Shown here in pieces: positions 48,366-63,400 of a stretch of 64,000 nucleotides of DNA. The notes under the pieces were generated by a model. The model searched no databases, was not told the origin of the DNA, and saw nothing but the letters and a program-made list of their open reading frames with translations. The translations under genes and the position numbers were made by a program. Source of the DNA: Spironucleus salmonicida (taxonomy: Eukaryota); the NCBI RefSeq assembly GCF_000497125.1, contig NC_090597.1, positions 1,313,797 to 1,377,796 of the forward strand, written 5' to 3'. The first letter of the stretch is position 1, and every line of letters starts with the position of its first letter.

Positions 48366-48896
48366 ATGGGCTCAAAATTTTCATCAGTTTCATTTGAGTA
48401 GGCTATTAGTACATTAGGACCCAACAACTTCACCAGATAAGAACTGAAAGGATTATTTGATAGATTTAACCAGCTTTCCTAGGGGTAGTAGATGCTGAAT
48501 AAGATGAAATTGCTCGAACTACCTGAACTTTAGTTAAATCCATTAGCTGATAGAATGATTGATATGCTAGTTGAAAATAGTGGTATGATCACTTTTAATT
48601 CTTTCGTGGTAGCATTGTCACCATTTTCACCAACTGCACCTGATGAAGAAAAACTATCTTTTGTTTTTAAAGTATATGATAAAGATAATGACGGATTCAT
48701 TAACGCGGATGAGCTATTTGGATTACTTAAGTAAATTGTTGGTTATTCTATTAATGACGTTTAATTGCAAATGCTTGTTAAAGGTACTATAACGGATGCA
48801 GATACGGATAGAGATGGTAAGCTGAATTATGAAGAGTTCAAAGCAAGCTTGTAAAAATGCAGCGATATTAGAAGTAAAATTACAGTCAAATTTTGA
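48366..48896 (+). CDS. Calcineurin B-like EF-hand protein (176 aa)
   Basis: MGSKFS myristoylation motif, PELQLNPL, EKLSFVFKVYDKDNDGFINADEL, DADTDRDGKLNYEEF. Confidence 0.9.
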
Positions 48897-48936
48897 GTGA
48901 TAATCTATATTATAAGTTATAATATGTTCCGGAAAA

Positions 48937-49374
48937 ATGTTAAATCCTAAATCTATCCCTAGAAAAATTTTACTAGATAGAAATTACCAAATTCATGATC
49001 AAATTCGAGATTATATCAAAGATACTAAGAATTTGAACAAGATTAACTCAACTTACAACAATGTTTTTGAAAATCCATAAATGCTTTTTCGTGAAATTGA
49101 GATATAAGCAGGAATTAAGCAAAGAAAAATAGATAAAGAATATTAAAATTTTAAAAGAAACTAATCATCCTGCTTAGATATAGGTTAAAAAGAATCATTA
49201 TAACATCAAGTTGTTATGAAAAAATCATTTTTATATAGTGTTTGCGATTAATAATATCATGAAAGATAAATATAGAGATAGAACTAGCTATTTCATCAAA
49301 AACCTATTTAAATTGGATTCAGACCTACCATAAATCCGAAGATTCGTTCATTATCAAGATAATTTTTTTAGTGA
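48937..49374 (+). CDS. Hypothetical protein (145 aa)
   Basis: MLNPKSIPRKILLDRNY...FRPTINPKIRSLSRQFFQ; TAGTGA stop. Confidence 0.7.
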
Positions 49375-49413
49375 TATTATATAGTATTTTATCCTTATTA
49401 TTTTTCGTAAATT

Positions 49414-51351
49414 ATGAAAGAATAAGTTTAGATTTTGGTGTAAACCAAATCGACACAGGAACGCGTGAACGCCATTATAGAGATGTACCTAACAAATGAG
49501 CCACGAGAGCCATTGGAAATAAAAATCACTTCCTGGGATAACATGCTTTTGCTATTTAACTCCAGAATTACACAAGGACAGGTATCTGAGATGTGTGCAA
49601 AGCTACTTATGGCTAATATAAAGGCAGATAAGCTCCCTGAATTACTTTAGAAATTAATTTCAACTAAATCACAAACTTCACGATCTTTCTATCTCGTAGC
49701 AGAAGATGCTGCAACTTTCTATCTCCAAATTACAGATACATGTGACGATCAATAATTTCCACGATTCTCTCTTCCAGTTCTACGCTGCGACTTCGAAAAG
49801 GTTTCAAAGCATCTTTAGGACTGGCTAAAATACTATAGAAATCTTGAGGTCGAAATGCAAGGTTCTTACGACTAATTAAACTAGGAAACCTACTAGAAAG
49901 AAACGATCTATAGTACATAATTAGCAGAATTAAATGATAATTTCAACAAATTATTAACTGAAAACAAACAGCTTACAACAAAACTAATCAGTTAGCAGTA
50001 ATCTTTTGATGCAAAATCTGCCGAATTGTAAAGCAAAATACTCATTTTAGATCGCGATTCTAGCGAGTTTTCGTCATAAAACAAAGACCTGCAAGCATCT
50101 AATATTGACCTCACGGCTAGGTCAAATAAGCTTCAAAATGAACTCCAACTCGCACAGATCAAAATCACAGAATTGACTACTGCTTCATCTATGAATAGTA
50201 ACCAAATATAAGCAAAATTATCTGAGTTAGCACAAGTTAAGTAGGAGCTTGGAGAAGCTATGTAAGGTAATATCAAGCTTAACTAGCTAAATGAAAAATT
50301 GCAAATGCAGATTAATTCATAAGAAGAGCTCTTCTAGTAGCGGATTAATAACAGTTCTGGGGAGGTATCAAACTTATTCAATGACAATGTTTAGCTAAAA
50401 ACAAAATCTGAGGAGTTATAAATATTATCGTAAAAATTAGCTGAAAATTTGTAAGTTTTAGAAGCTCAAAAAGACGAATATTTCAGCTAAAAAACGTATT
50501 TAGAAGCTCAGCTAGAACGGGCCATTAATGCACTAAACGACGTTTTGATGAAAAACGAACATTTAACATTAAATCTAACAAATGAATAAATACAAAACAA
50601 AGATTTGATAACAAAATTCGATCAAATGAATAATTAATATATGGATTACAACACTTAACTAGTTTAGCAAACGGAATTAATAAAAAATTTAGAGGCTAAA
50701 CTTTCAGTCTGTTAAAAGTAGCTAATCGAGCAAAAGCAGCGCGCTGATGATGCCGAATAGACACACGGTCGTGAATTTTATAAGGGTATTTTAGAAAATC
50801 CAGAAGATGCTTTTTTGAAAAAAAACAGACAACTTCTCATTAGTGTAAATAGCAACAAACCAACAAATCCTAAAACTAACACTGAGCTCTCCTTAGATGA
50901 TATAAGCGTCTGCTCTGAGTATAAATAGTATCTACGTGACTCTTCAGCATAAAATGCTTCTGTGGACTTGCTCCAATAGGCAAGTTTGAAGACATTCGAT
51001 ATGAGTAAATACTTGAACAAGATGCAGAAACTCCCAAAAGTTGTCAATTAGAGAGCTAGTGACAGCAATTAGAGCGGAAAGGAGGAATGCGGATCAAGTT
51101 TAAGCTTGGACACCAAGAATTTGGTCAGCAAGTATATGAAGGGAAAAATGACAAATATAGACGTTGAAGTGAGCAGTACTAGCGAGGATCTGATTTTCAG
51201 GGCAATGGATTGCGTTGGAGGGGGAGGCACCGGATAGTTGTAGAAAAAAGAAGTTACAGAGACTCAGTTTGATTTGTCTTGCAAGGGGGATGTTCAAACT
51301 GACGATTTGCTGGCCAAGTTTGTAGGAATGCTAGATGAGGAATTTGAGTGA
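49414..51351 (+). CDS. Long coiled-coil protein (645 aa)
   Basis: Table-6 ORF with extended heptads; GAGTGA stop. Confidence 0.8.
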
Positions 51352-51451
51352 GGGGAATGAATAAGTGTGTTATTTAGGATTAAATTGATTATTTTAGTAA
51401 GATTGGTATATTGCTATATAACTTATAATCATTTATTTTTTCGCTTCGCAA

Positions 51452-54400
51452 ATGCACAATAAGACAGTCAAAATTAATGTACCAGATTCGTTGAAATAGT
51501 TTGATTAAAACTCTACTTTTATTAATATATAGAAATGTGATGTTAAGAAGAACAGTTATTGCAGCCAGTCCGAACAAAAATTTATTGCTATGCTCAAACA
51601 GTAAACAGTTAAAACCATTAGTAGCAACGGGTTTGATAGTTATGCTATCGTTAATATTGTTGGTTATATGCCTAAAGAAAATTATGTCATCATTCAATAC
51701 GAATTAGAAGGTATTCTTGTTTAGTAAACAGTAAATAAAAATATGTTGGTGGTATTTTAAAATATGCTCACGTAGGACTTATTATTACCAATTAAAAAGA
51801 TTCAAAGTAAATAAATAGATGAAAAGTTGTTTACAAGAGCAATTCCTGTATATGATCCAGAATAATATGCTATTGACCCTAGTTATATACCTGATAAGTA
51901 TATATAATAGTCATCAATAATGTAAAATGACTCATTTATTCGAATATAGCAGATTATTTAAGATACATTTCCAGGAAAATTTCAATAAGTAAAGGTCGAA
52001 TTACTTTAAGAAGTTACTAAGTTATTTAAAATAGATGTTACGACAATTATTAATAAAAATAAAGGACCAGATGTAATATTTTTTGATGATAAACTTAAAA
52101 ATATTTATAATTAATCGTATTAAGCTCCTGATTTTTATTCTAAGACTTCTGAATTTCAAGAAGATTATAATATTGGAATCACATAACTTAACTTATCAAT
52201 AATTTCATGTTCTTTATAGAATATTAATATTTAATCCAATTTTATCCAATTTCAACAGCTAGAAGTTTAATAAAAAATTATTAATGATGAACATAATGAA
52301 AGTAAATAACTTCTATAAAAATAGTAGAAATTCTAGTTATATTTTTTCAATGCTGAAAGCCTTACAATTATTTATAAAAGAGTTTATGAACTAGCATGTG
52401 AGTCAATATATAATAAATAATAGATTGATATATCATAGTCTTTATCGACTGTCAAATAATTCATTTAGATGATTAAGAATGAGAAAGGATAAATTCTTTT
52501 AATGTAATAGTTTGACTAAATAACTATATAGTATAATGATTTAGAGAATATTGAACCTGATATGTAGAAAGAAATCAATTATTATTTCGATAAATTATTA
52601 GAAAATTAAGATGTTGATTTTCCAAAACTCAAAAATATATAATATCTTCTTTTTATGCAAGATCTTTTAACACCTTTGTATAGAATCGCATTTGGTATAT
52701 ATTTTTAAGATTATATTAGCTTTTAAGCTGGCATAAGGGTTTTTGATTCAATATTCTTAGAATTTTTCAGAAACTATCATGACATCATTTTTAATTTTAC
52801 ATATAAAAATTATTTAGAATTCGACAAAGAACAAATAAAATAAAATGAGTTTGCTGTTTTGCTACCAGATTTAAATGATATAGAGTTGGGATTTCATAAT
52901 TTTAAGGAAGTAGTTTAAGAGTAACTACGTAAAGAAATAGAGTTTGTAGACAATCCAGATGTTATACTAAAAATTGTGCAAAGAAAATTATTATTATTCA
53001 ATATATTCCTATAAGAACTAGGATTTTAGTATAATAATAAATAATTTTCTACATTTCCATTTAATTTTCAGTTAGAAATTAGATATTCTATTTAAGAAGA
53101 AAAAATTGTATTCTAGCCACCACTTTAAGAGGTTAATGAAATTTACTCAACCTTTATAAAAGGGATTATGAAAAATATGTATTATTTAAGGATGGATTTT
53201 CCTCAAAAATTTAAGGACGAGTTGTTAATATTAATATTTTAATCTTTTTCTTCCCATTCTGAATAAGATTATTATTGTGAATCTTTATTTAAATAGTTAG
53301 AAATTTATTAAATTTTTGATGATGATAGACCAAATTTAGAGGATTATTTAGACTAAATAGAGAGTCTAATTATTTTATTAACTGATGTTCTATATTAAAA
53401 TTTCAATCTTATTGAAGAGTAGACGTAATGGAAAAATTATTTATTATGTAATGATTATATTTGTCTGACATCATTAGTAGAAAATATTTAATTATAAAAT
53501 AGCCTTGCATAATCATGTTTGGACAAAAGTAATTTAGAAGACATTGATTTATAATCCATTTAATTTTTCTAATTTCTATAAAATATTTAGAAATTTTCTT
53601 TTCCCAATCTTTTTTCCCAGTAACTCAACTTAATTGTTTAATACAGAATAACAACAAATAAAATATTTTGTTCATTGATAAGCGACATTAAATATTTTTA
53701 TTGCATTTAGTTAGATTTATCATCGCTTAAAACATATTTTATCAGAAATTACAATATTCTTATTTAATCTATCGTAAATAATATGATGGAGCTATTTAGT
53801 AATATCATTAGCAGTTTAGCGGATAGTTTTATTTTATTTTATAAGTTAAGTTAGCATTGTATTAAAAATCCATAATATTTTAAAAAGATGGTAATAGTTA
53901 GATAGATTTTTCATACCAACCATCCTATATTATTTTATCGAAAATTTACAGATTGGATTGATGCATCTATTTTACTAATAATAGATTTATTTGCGGATGA
54001 TGGCACATATACTAATATTGTATATTCATAATAACCAATTGTAGTAAAAATATATAGTAAACTTCATGTTATCAATACATTAGAATAAATAATAGGATCT
54101 TAGGATATGTCATTAGTAGATTAATTGCCAGAAAAGTTTCAAGATGTTAAATTTTATAAATCAGTAGAAGTTAAAAAATTATTAGAAAGAATATATTATT
54201 CATTTACATAAACTTTTGATCAGATTAAATTAACTATTTTTGATTAGTTAATATATTGCGGCTAAATATATTTCTAACTTGTAATTCAGATAAAAACGTT
54301 TATTTCTTAGCTAGATTTAAGAATAAAATATTTTAGTATATTCTAAATAGAACTTGAAAAATATCTTACTTAATAAGTAATGTAAATTGAAAATTATGTA

Positions 54401-57400
54401 AAAACAATACTTTTCACAAATAATTATTAAATACTTAACAATAAAAGTTTGCCCAAAGATAAACAATACACTATGGATATATCAAAATTGATAATCAACT
54501 CGAAAGATTCAAATTTTTAATCTGAGATTTTTGAAAAAGAGTATATTAAAGAGTTGCAAAAACATACTTTCTTAAATATTGAAAAATCAAATAACATAGT
54601 TAAATAATCACAAATTGAGATATTAGATAAATTTGTATAAAGATTTTATAAATAGTCGTTCGCAGCAAATCGTTTTAATGAATTTGAAGCTACGTTATCA
54701 TATTTTATCTCACTTAGAAATATTATTTTCTATACATAAGAGGTAATTGTATTGTATTAGATTAAGAAAAGATTTGATTAATGGTTATAACTATCGAATA
54801 AAGAGGTGGTCAAAGATTAATAAAATCTCATAGAAAATTATAAAACTGTTATTCAGTAGCTCACACCAATATACTAGATATTTATATATGAACTTATTAT
54901 TTTCTCTTACCACCATATGTTTACAACATAAAAATTAGTTTACTATCCAACTGTTTAAATATTATCTTGCTATTAACTTGTACTTTTTTATATAATATAG
55001 TTTAAACAAAACTTTTAGTTTTTTGTTAACTTTCTTAAAGTTAATGCGATATAATTTAACTATGATTTCTTATTCTTATTAGATAAAAATTGTGAAACAA
55101 TAAAGGTTATATATCCTCTTCTTAGTTCTTTAATCATTATTAAACAAAAAGATATTTTGCCAATATAATATTCAGAAATATCAACGACTTTTGGTATATT
55201 TATTGATTCAAGTTTATTTTTTGATGTGTCATAGCTTATAACTGTTTTTAATGATAACACCATTAAATTTTATAATCACTGTGTACTAGTATAGACTACT
55301 GTTACAAAAAATATGACGATTTTCAACTAATTGATGTTATATTTTTCTTATATTGACGACATAAAATTATAAATAACTAAATTAGCATTATTTTCTACAG
55401 CTCAACATGATTATTTTTTAGTTGAATTTGAACCATTTAATATTGAAAATATAATAAATTCTATTTTAATGTTCATAACAAATATATTTTTATAAGATTA
55501 ATTTTCTTTTCATAAGTAAATTATTATTTTAGCAAGAGATTTGGAATCATTAGCTTTAAATATTAATGAAGTATATATTCTTCTATAGAGGTACACATAC
55601 CTGATGAATGAGTTAATTATGGTAAAGTAATATGGAAACATTATAGAATTCGATTTGAATTAATTAGAAATGACTTTGATTATTCCATTTTGTAAGGTTT
55701 ATAAAAAGAAATAGCGGATGAATGCCGATGCTTAAAATATTTAATAATAACTAGATCCAAGCTAAAACCTCAAGAATTCCGTAAAAAATGTTATTAATAA
55801 ATTATCTGATATCATTCTATCAAAAGACAATGGACGCATCTAAAGAATAAATATTTTGTCTGATGTGGAAATTAAATAAATTATTGATGCGTATAAACAT
55901 TTTGAACTACTAAGTAATAATCTTGATAAAGAAACAAAATTAGGATAATTAATTTCACTTAGTAAAAGCACTAAAGGTGAACTGAAAAATATAATCAAAG
56001 ATCTTATGAGACACTAGTTGAATATGGAAAATATATAAAGAAGACTTTACTAGTCGCGATTTTAAATTATCTTAGATAAATACTCTAAATTGTAGACTCA
56101 AAGGTTATCTAACAATGGTTTAACTGAAGTATTATCATAATATGATATTTTTGATTGTTCTAATACTCAACTTAATGGGACTTAAAAGTAATAGGTAGTA
56201 GATAGAAAAATAAAATATGAAAAGCACAAGTCTGAAAAGAACTAACTAATTTCATTAGATTTTACTTAAAATACAATGATTATCCCACAAGCTAAAGGTT
56301 TTCTATACACTTCATTTTTATTATACGATTTTGTTATTATTGAACAATTTTCTTCAACTTTGCAGTGGACATAACTGTTTTTAACAAGTCCCAAGTTGAA
56401 AGAATTATTTTTTAATAATATAACTGAATTTGATGTATAAAAATCGATTCTTAAAGGTAATATTTTACTTTCCATTACATCCAACAATGAAAAGTTTGTT
56501 TTTAATGATGCCATGTCTTGTCCTGATGTATTATACAAATTTCCAGATCATATATTACTATAGTCATAGCCTACTTTTATTAAGCTATACGTTCAATCAT
56601 TAAACTATTTTTAAGCATAAGATTACTCTAATTTTTTAAATAGTTTATTTTAGTTTTAATATTATAGTCTATTAAGTTCTACTAAAGATGATATCTTAAA
56701 ATTTAAAGAATATATTTCAAATAATAAAATTAAAGAAAACATCCCAATTATGTGTAGACTTGAAGAAATATTAAATTACTATTATGTTTCTAGTTAATAC
56801 AAGATTAATATTAAAAATAACTAACTCTATTTTGGAAATAATATTTAAATCTACCCACTCTGGTAGGGAAGTGCTTAGCAACATGAGAAATAAATTATTG
56901 CTACACATATTCTTTAGTATGTTTACGATATTTTGTAAGGTTTTGACTAACTATCAATTACCATTACCTGCTAGGACTCAAATAACATTAACTCATCTAA
57001 AAAAACTTTATCTTTAGTTTAAAAGTTATTAATTAGAATCACATCTAGAAATGTTGAAAATTTCTATTTCACATAATAGAATTTTGTATAGCTTATTAAT
57101 AAAATTCAAGCTTACTTACTAAATGGAAGAATTATTTTCATACATAATGTATTATAATTGACATTTAAGTAATAATCTATATTAATCAATATACTAGTAA
57201 AATTCAGTTAACATTAAGGATCAATAGATAATGTATATAATCTTTAAGTTAGTTAACATAGAATAAATGAGATTATTACAAATAGAAATTTAATTCTTTC
57301 ATCTGGAAAAGAACTACCCCTGGATGATTAGAGTATATTTTTATCTTAGGATGATTTTGTTTTATAAAATGCATAATATGATTCTTTTAAACATTAATTA

Positions 57401-60400
57401 GGTTATTTTGTTCTTAATATGGATTTTTAGCAAAATCTTGCGGCCATTGATTTAGAGTTAAATTTTAATTAGTAGTTTAAAGATTTGAATTCATATTCTT
57501 ATGCTGGTAATGATACTCTTATATCTTTTATTAAGTAGTTCCATGATCCAAAAATTATTAATTTTGCAGATTTTAATTTATCTAACAACACTATTGGATA
57601 AGAGTTCTTATAAGCATCTCCAATTTTTGGTTAGCAATTTTTGGAATTATCTATTCTTCTCAAATAGTTTAATAATAAATATCCTTTATTAACACCTTAT
57701 GATGCTCAATTGATCATTAAAATAGCATCTAATTCAACTGATAAATTTGTTGTATCTAGTCTTATTGTAGAAATTTTATTAAGATAATATTTAGATTTAT
57801 AGGGATAGTCATACGGAAAAATAATGAATAGTTATACAAATGGATTCCCAAATCACTCTGATAATAATATTAAAACAATATCAAAGAATGCACATTTAAT
57901 TAAGAAATAATAAAATATATCTGTATCTAAAGGTGAATAGTTTGTTATGATGGCCAATTTAACTAGTAGTGTATTTGGTTTATAAAAACAGCATTAGACT
58001 ATTTTAGTAAATTAAGCAAAATATTACAACAATCTTCAACTTAAAGCTAATAAGTTATCTAAATTAACGAATGTAAACTTTTAACGGTATTTTGTGTAAT
58101 TTTTATTACCTATTTTATCACAGTAATCTAATTAGATAATTTAATCTTTACTACGACAGTTTTAGTCTGGATACTCACTATCGTATGAAGTATTTTTACT
58201 ACTAAACTTTTAGCAACTAAAATAACCAGTTCTAATTTATATTGATAATCCAAAATATGCATAATTTATTTTGTCAGCCTTATGTACTGGTGCAGTTAAT
58301 TAAGCTTAAGTTAAAAAATAAGTTTATTTTATTTCTAATTATCTGCACATGGTTATTTAATTATAAAATACTTAAATTAATGATTATATGTGTTGTACAC
58401 CAAGTTCATTAATAGAATTTTAGAAAATAACATAATTTTTACAATCTTTTGATACTAAATTTCTACCAAATATTATTGTTATATTGCAAAAAGTTAAATA
58501 TTCACAATAAGATTTATTATTTAATACGGTATAATATTATTAAAAGCGTATTACATTTTTCTAAGAAGTTACAGAATTAATAGGTTGTTAGCTATATTAA
58601 TTTGGAAATATTTAGTTTAATTATACACACGCGCAATAGTAAATATTTGAAACGAATTAAGTATTTTAATGTAATTAGTTGTATAATCTCCTCACGACAA
58701 GAAAATTTCTTAGCGATGAAGCAAGGTTTTAATAATAAGGTTTCTTTAGATTAAGAATGCTTAGTAGTGTGTTTAAAGCGTTATATACAATTGCATTTGA
58801 ATATTTGCAAGATTAATTTAGACTTGGAAATCATCAAGATTAAAACATGTTAATTCGTTCATTGATACAATTTTATCTATATAAGTTTTAAGTATTGTAA
58901 CCATATAATAGCTAAAATATAAGTTCAAAAAATATAAGCTCTAAGCTTTAATATGCATAAGTGTAATAAAGATAAAAAATTTACGATAACTTATTTCAAC
59001 ATCATAAAAATATAGACTAATAATGTAAGAATATGTCAAAAGAAGTAAAAGACTCACTAAATTCAATTAATAGATTATATAATATTGATTTTTAACATGA
59101 CTAAAGTTTAGTTTACGGATTTAACTTAAGTGATTTACAAAAGGTAAAAGAAGAGCTGTCAACAATTGATGTGTCATTAAATTCAAATAGTATCGCAATT
59201 AAAACTATTTAATAATCATTAGGTAAGTTTGGAATTGGATGTTAAGGTTCTATAAACTTTTTATTTACAGAAAAGTTTATTATTACCTTTCTTACTTAAA
59301 AATCATTTGTAGAATCAATTATTTTGTTGGTAAAACCGTTATTTGCAGCAATTTGGAATGCATTTGCTTTACTTAATCAATTTATATAACCGATTGTGCT
59401 AGTATATAAGCGTTATGAAAGCTTTATATAATTTGTAAAAACCTTTGATTTAGAAAAAATTAAAATCTCATTCTATTAATAATAATTGCTAAAAGCACCT
59501 TTAAATTTTTGTTCTTATGAAAATTAATAAGGTATCTGTGAAATTTCTACTTTAGATAAAAAATCAAAGTATAATAATATTTAATTAATTTTAAAATATA
59601 TTATAAATACTGCTTGTTAATTTTTACCAGCTTAGTATAGTGTACGTCAATTTTCATACTTATTTTTTAGTTTTTAATAGTAAAATTTAATTTTCATGCC
59701 ATTTACTTTAGGAAAAGGTATACTTTAGAATATAGCTCTTTCAGATTTTATTCTTAGTTAATAATAAAAACGGAAGGGTAATTATAATTAGAATGTAGCT
59801 GAAAGTGATTATTTTGATGCAGAAAAGAAAAGTGATTAATAATAAGATGAAGAAGATTTTGATATGTGGTAAGATGAGTAAGATGAAATGTCTGAAGATG
59901 AAGAAATTAATCTAGAAGATCGTTTACTAAAAATGATTAATACCCAAAAAAATGTTTTAGAGTTAGTTTAAATTGATGAAGACAACGATTCTGGTGATAA
60001 TGTTTCTACTGCAAAATCTGCGATGTCAGCAAGATCAAAATTCAATAATTCAGAATAGTTTACTAAGTATACTGTTAATTCAATGAAAGAATTTCATTAA
60101 TCTTTTAAGAATTAGTTTGATAAAAGAACATTTTAAGGGAAACGAATTGATTTTTAATAAATAGATTCATACAATTTTATTTTACTCGATGATGAAAGAA
60201 TAGCTTTATCGGTTCTAATCGGAGTTTCTATGATGACACCAGTTACATTTGGTGTTATAGGAGAGGCTGGAATTGGAAAATCTGTGCTAATTATGGCTTC
60301 CAAAATTATCATGAGAGATCTAGTAAATTCTAACTATGCATAAGTTAATGACTACTCTTAATCTGGGAGTGTGAACTTAGTTTTATAAAATATCGTAAGA

Positions 60401-63400
60401 TATTATTAAAGAACACCTTATCCACTTATAGATGTATTGGATGATGAGAATCCATTTTTTGAAATAGATTATAAAAATACAGATTCAATTGAATATTAAA
60501 TAGAAGATTATTACAGGATTTTATAATAAGAATATGAGCAGCATGCTATACAAGAATTATTTAATTGTAAATTAAAATTTATTGATTTAAAGGATAAACT
60601 CAATTTGATGTTTTCTGTCTCATAATAGCTTGATAAGCGTGTATTAGAGTAAGCTGTCACTTAACTTAATGTAGAAGAAAGAGAATATTTTAGTTTACAA
60701 AATAAATATACTAAACCTCCATTATAAGAATAAACAGAAATATATAATTACATTGGATCTTTTGGGTTTCCTTCATTTCATTTTCATTCCTCTGTTCTAT
60801 TAAATGCAAACGAAATTCATGATAATTTTGTTAGCTTAATTAGAGATCATGTTATTGTCTTAAATGATGTCTAAAAAACTATCTTAGACCAAATATATTT
60901 AGATAACGTTATTAATCGATAAATTGGTTAAATACAACTATCAGACACATCAATTTTATTAGAAGTAGAAGATCAGACCAGCCCATTATTATAATATTGC
61001 AATCTTTAATTTAAGCTACCTAGAATTAGTATTGCCTTTATGCGTAAATACTTCAAATATTTATTTGTTTAAAGAAAAATGAGCATGTCAGATGAATGGA
61101 TTTAGTCCTTCTTTAATGGGCTTAATTTAATTTAAGGAGATTTACCGCCAAATTTATTTAAGAATTTTAAATTTATTTCTTAAATAATTAGGTAAAATGT
61201 TAATTTATTGCCTAGTTATTCAAATTTAGTAAAATAAAGTGTTAAATTGTCAAAAATTGATATGAAACTATCGATTGAAGATTATAGACGTGATCTTAAA
61301 CCATAGCTGTGGGTATAATTAGTTAATGGCTATGATTTTTATGGATAGAGTTATGAAAAAATAATTAAAGAAGTCAATTTCAATTCTTATTTAAATAAAG
61401 TTATTGAAACAGTTATTAATCAGCCTAATTAAAATGTCTCAATTTTGTAGACCATACTAGCATTAAATTAAGATGATGTATTTAAGTAGTTGAATATTTA
61501 CACATTAATCACAGTTCTTAAGAAGATGAATGTCAATAACTAAAGAATTATTAGTCTATTAGAAAGGTTCACGTCTCTAAATTTGTTAGGATATTTGAAT
61601 TTAAATCAGTATATTATAGATAAAAATAATAAAAAATTAGTATAAGTCAAAAAGATTAAACTTTATCATCCATGGTAAAATACTTAAAATCATTTATAAT
61701 TATATCCTGCTTTTCATTCTACAATGATGTAATAATCAATAATTTAGTAATAAGATTAAAAAGTTAGCACATTCCATTCTGTTTAAAAAGCTTTCTCGAA
61801 CAAATTTGCCAATAAGCTATTTTATATATCATCACCTTTATTGGTTGATGATGATTGGCTATAGAAGAAACTACCGTTTAGAAAGATATTTGCTAAATTT
61901 ATAAAACCTTTGCCTACAACATTATAATTTTAGTATTAGATTTAGCATTTTATGAAAGAATAAGGCTACTCAAGCATATATTAAGCTGGAATAATAGCAT
62001 CCGGTTTATCTTAAGACAATCCATTCTTTATCGCACACTTTATTTAACTATTCTAATAGTGTGCAGATTATTTAGATCCTTGTTTATTAACGGCTGCATT
62101 TTAAATTATGATATAAATTCTGTAAATGAAGCAAAGAAATTCAGCTATATTTTAAACTTAGATTTAAACTAATATATTTTAAGATTATTAAGGAGAATTT
62201 TTAACTGGATATAATTCTTTTGATTTTTTGAGAAATTATAAATTATTTCTTATTTAATCTCTATAAGATTATCTTTCATATAATTTTATTTAAGAAGAAC
62301 ACAAGTAAGACCCTTCACTTCCTATTGAGAAATATAAAAACGAGGTTGTCAGTAGTTAAGATGAATCGTCAAGATAAGAATCTAGTGTATAATCCGTATT
62401 AAACGAATCTAATTTTATATATAAAGGTATTATGTAAACTATGTTGTATTCCCTTAAAATACCTATGTTTGAACTGTAATTAAATTCAAATGCGAATGTT
62501 AATTAATATAATTTGCTTATTTAAATTATTTCGCAAATTAGCTAATTTTAGATAATGTCAGCAGATAATATGAAGGATATGTTCAAATAAATGTAAAAAA
62601 CAGATATAGAAGAAGATGTGGACATTAGTGACAATTAATCAGTCGCTTCTAAAGCTAGCAGTTCATGTACAGCATCTAGTGTGTCTAGTGGAGTATTACA
62701 AGATTACTAAGATGATTAAAAGTAAAAATAAGAGTAATAAAAGAGCAATGATGTTAAAATAATTTAAAATTTAACTTATAAATAGTTTAGATTTTTAAAT
62801 TCAATTAAGCAACCTCAGAAAATAATTATAGATGTATAAAATATTATGTAGACATTAGTTACAACTTAAAACAATTAGAAAAAGTAAACAAAATCTCATA
62901 ATAAAGCCGATAAAAAAGTTACAGAAGATATTTTATCATTCTTAAGAACATTTATGATAGAGTTGTAACTGTATCATACAATAAGTGTTGATGCAGTAGA
63001 ATATCTGGTAGTCTTATAGATTTTCAGATTTTCAGTATTAATGGCACTGGGCATTAAACCAAATTATGTGTTTAGTCCAACAACATATTATAGATAAGGA
63101 TTTTAACCAGAAAGTACCAAACAATCTAAAATTATAGGTATTACCATGAATTCAGTATTATAAAATCAAAATATTATATCTAAAAATAAATGTGGACTTT
63201 CTTTTGCTGAATTTAATTTTGGGTCAATTAATAGCTAGTTTTCTTAAAGACTGTAATATTATTTAACAAATTATAAACCTAATAACAAAGATTTTAATGA
63301 CAGTAGCCTTTATGCAAAGATTAATGAAGTATCTTTCCCAGACATTCATGACGCTGTAGCAAAACATACAGATGAACCATTTGATATTTTATTAATAGTA

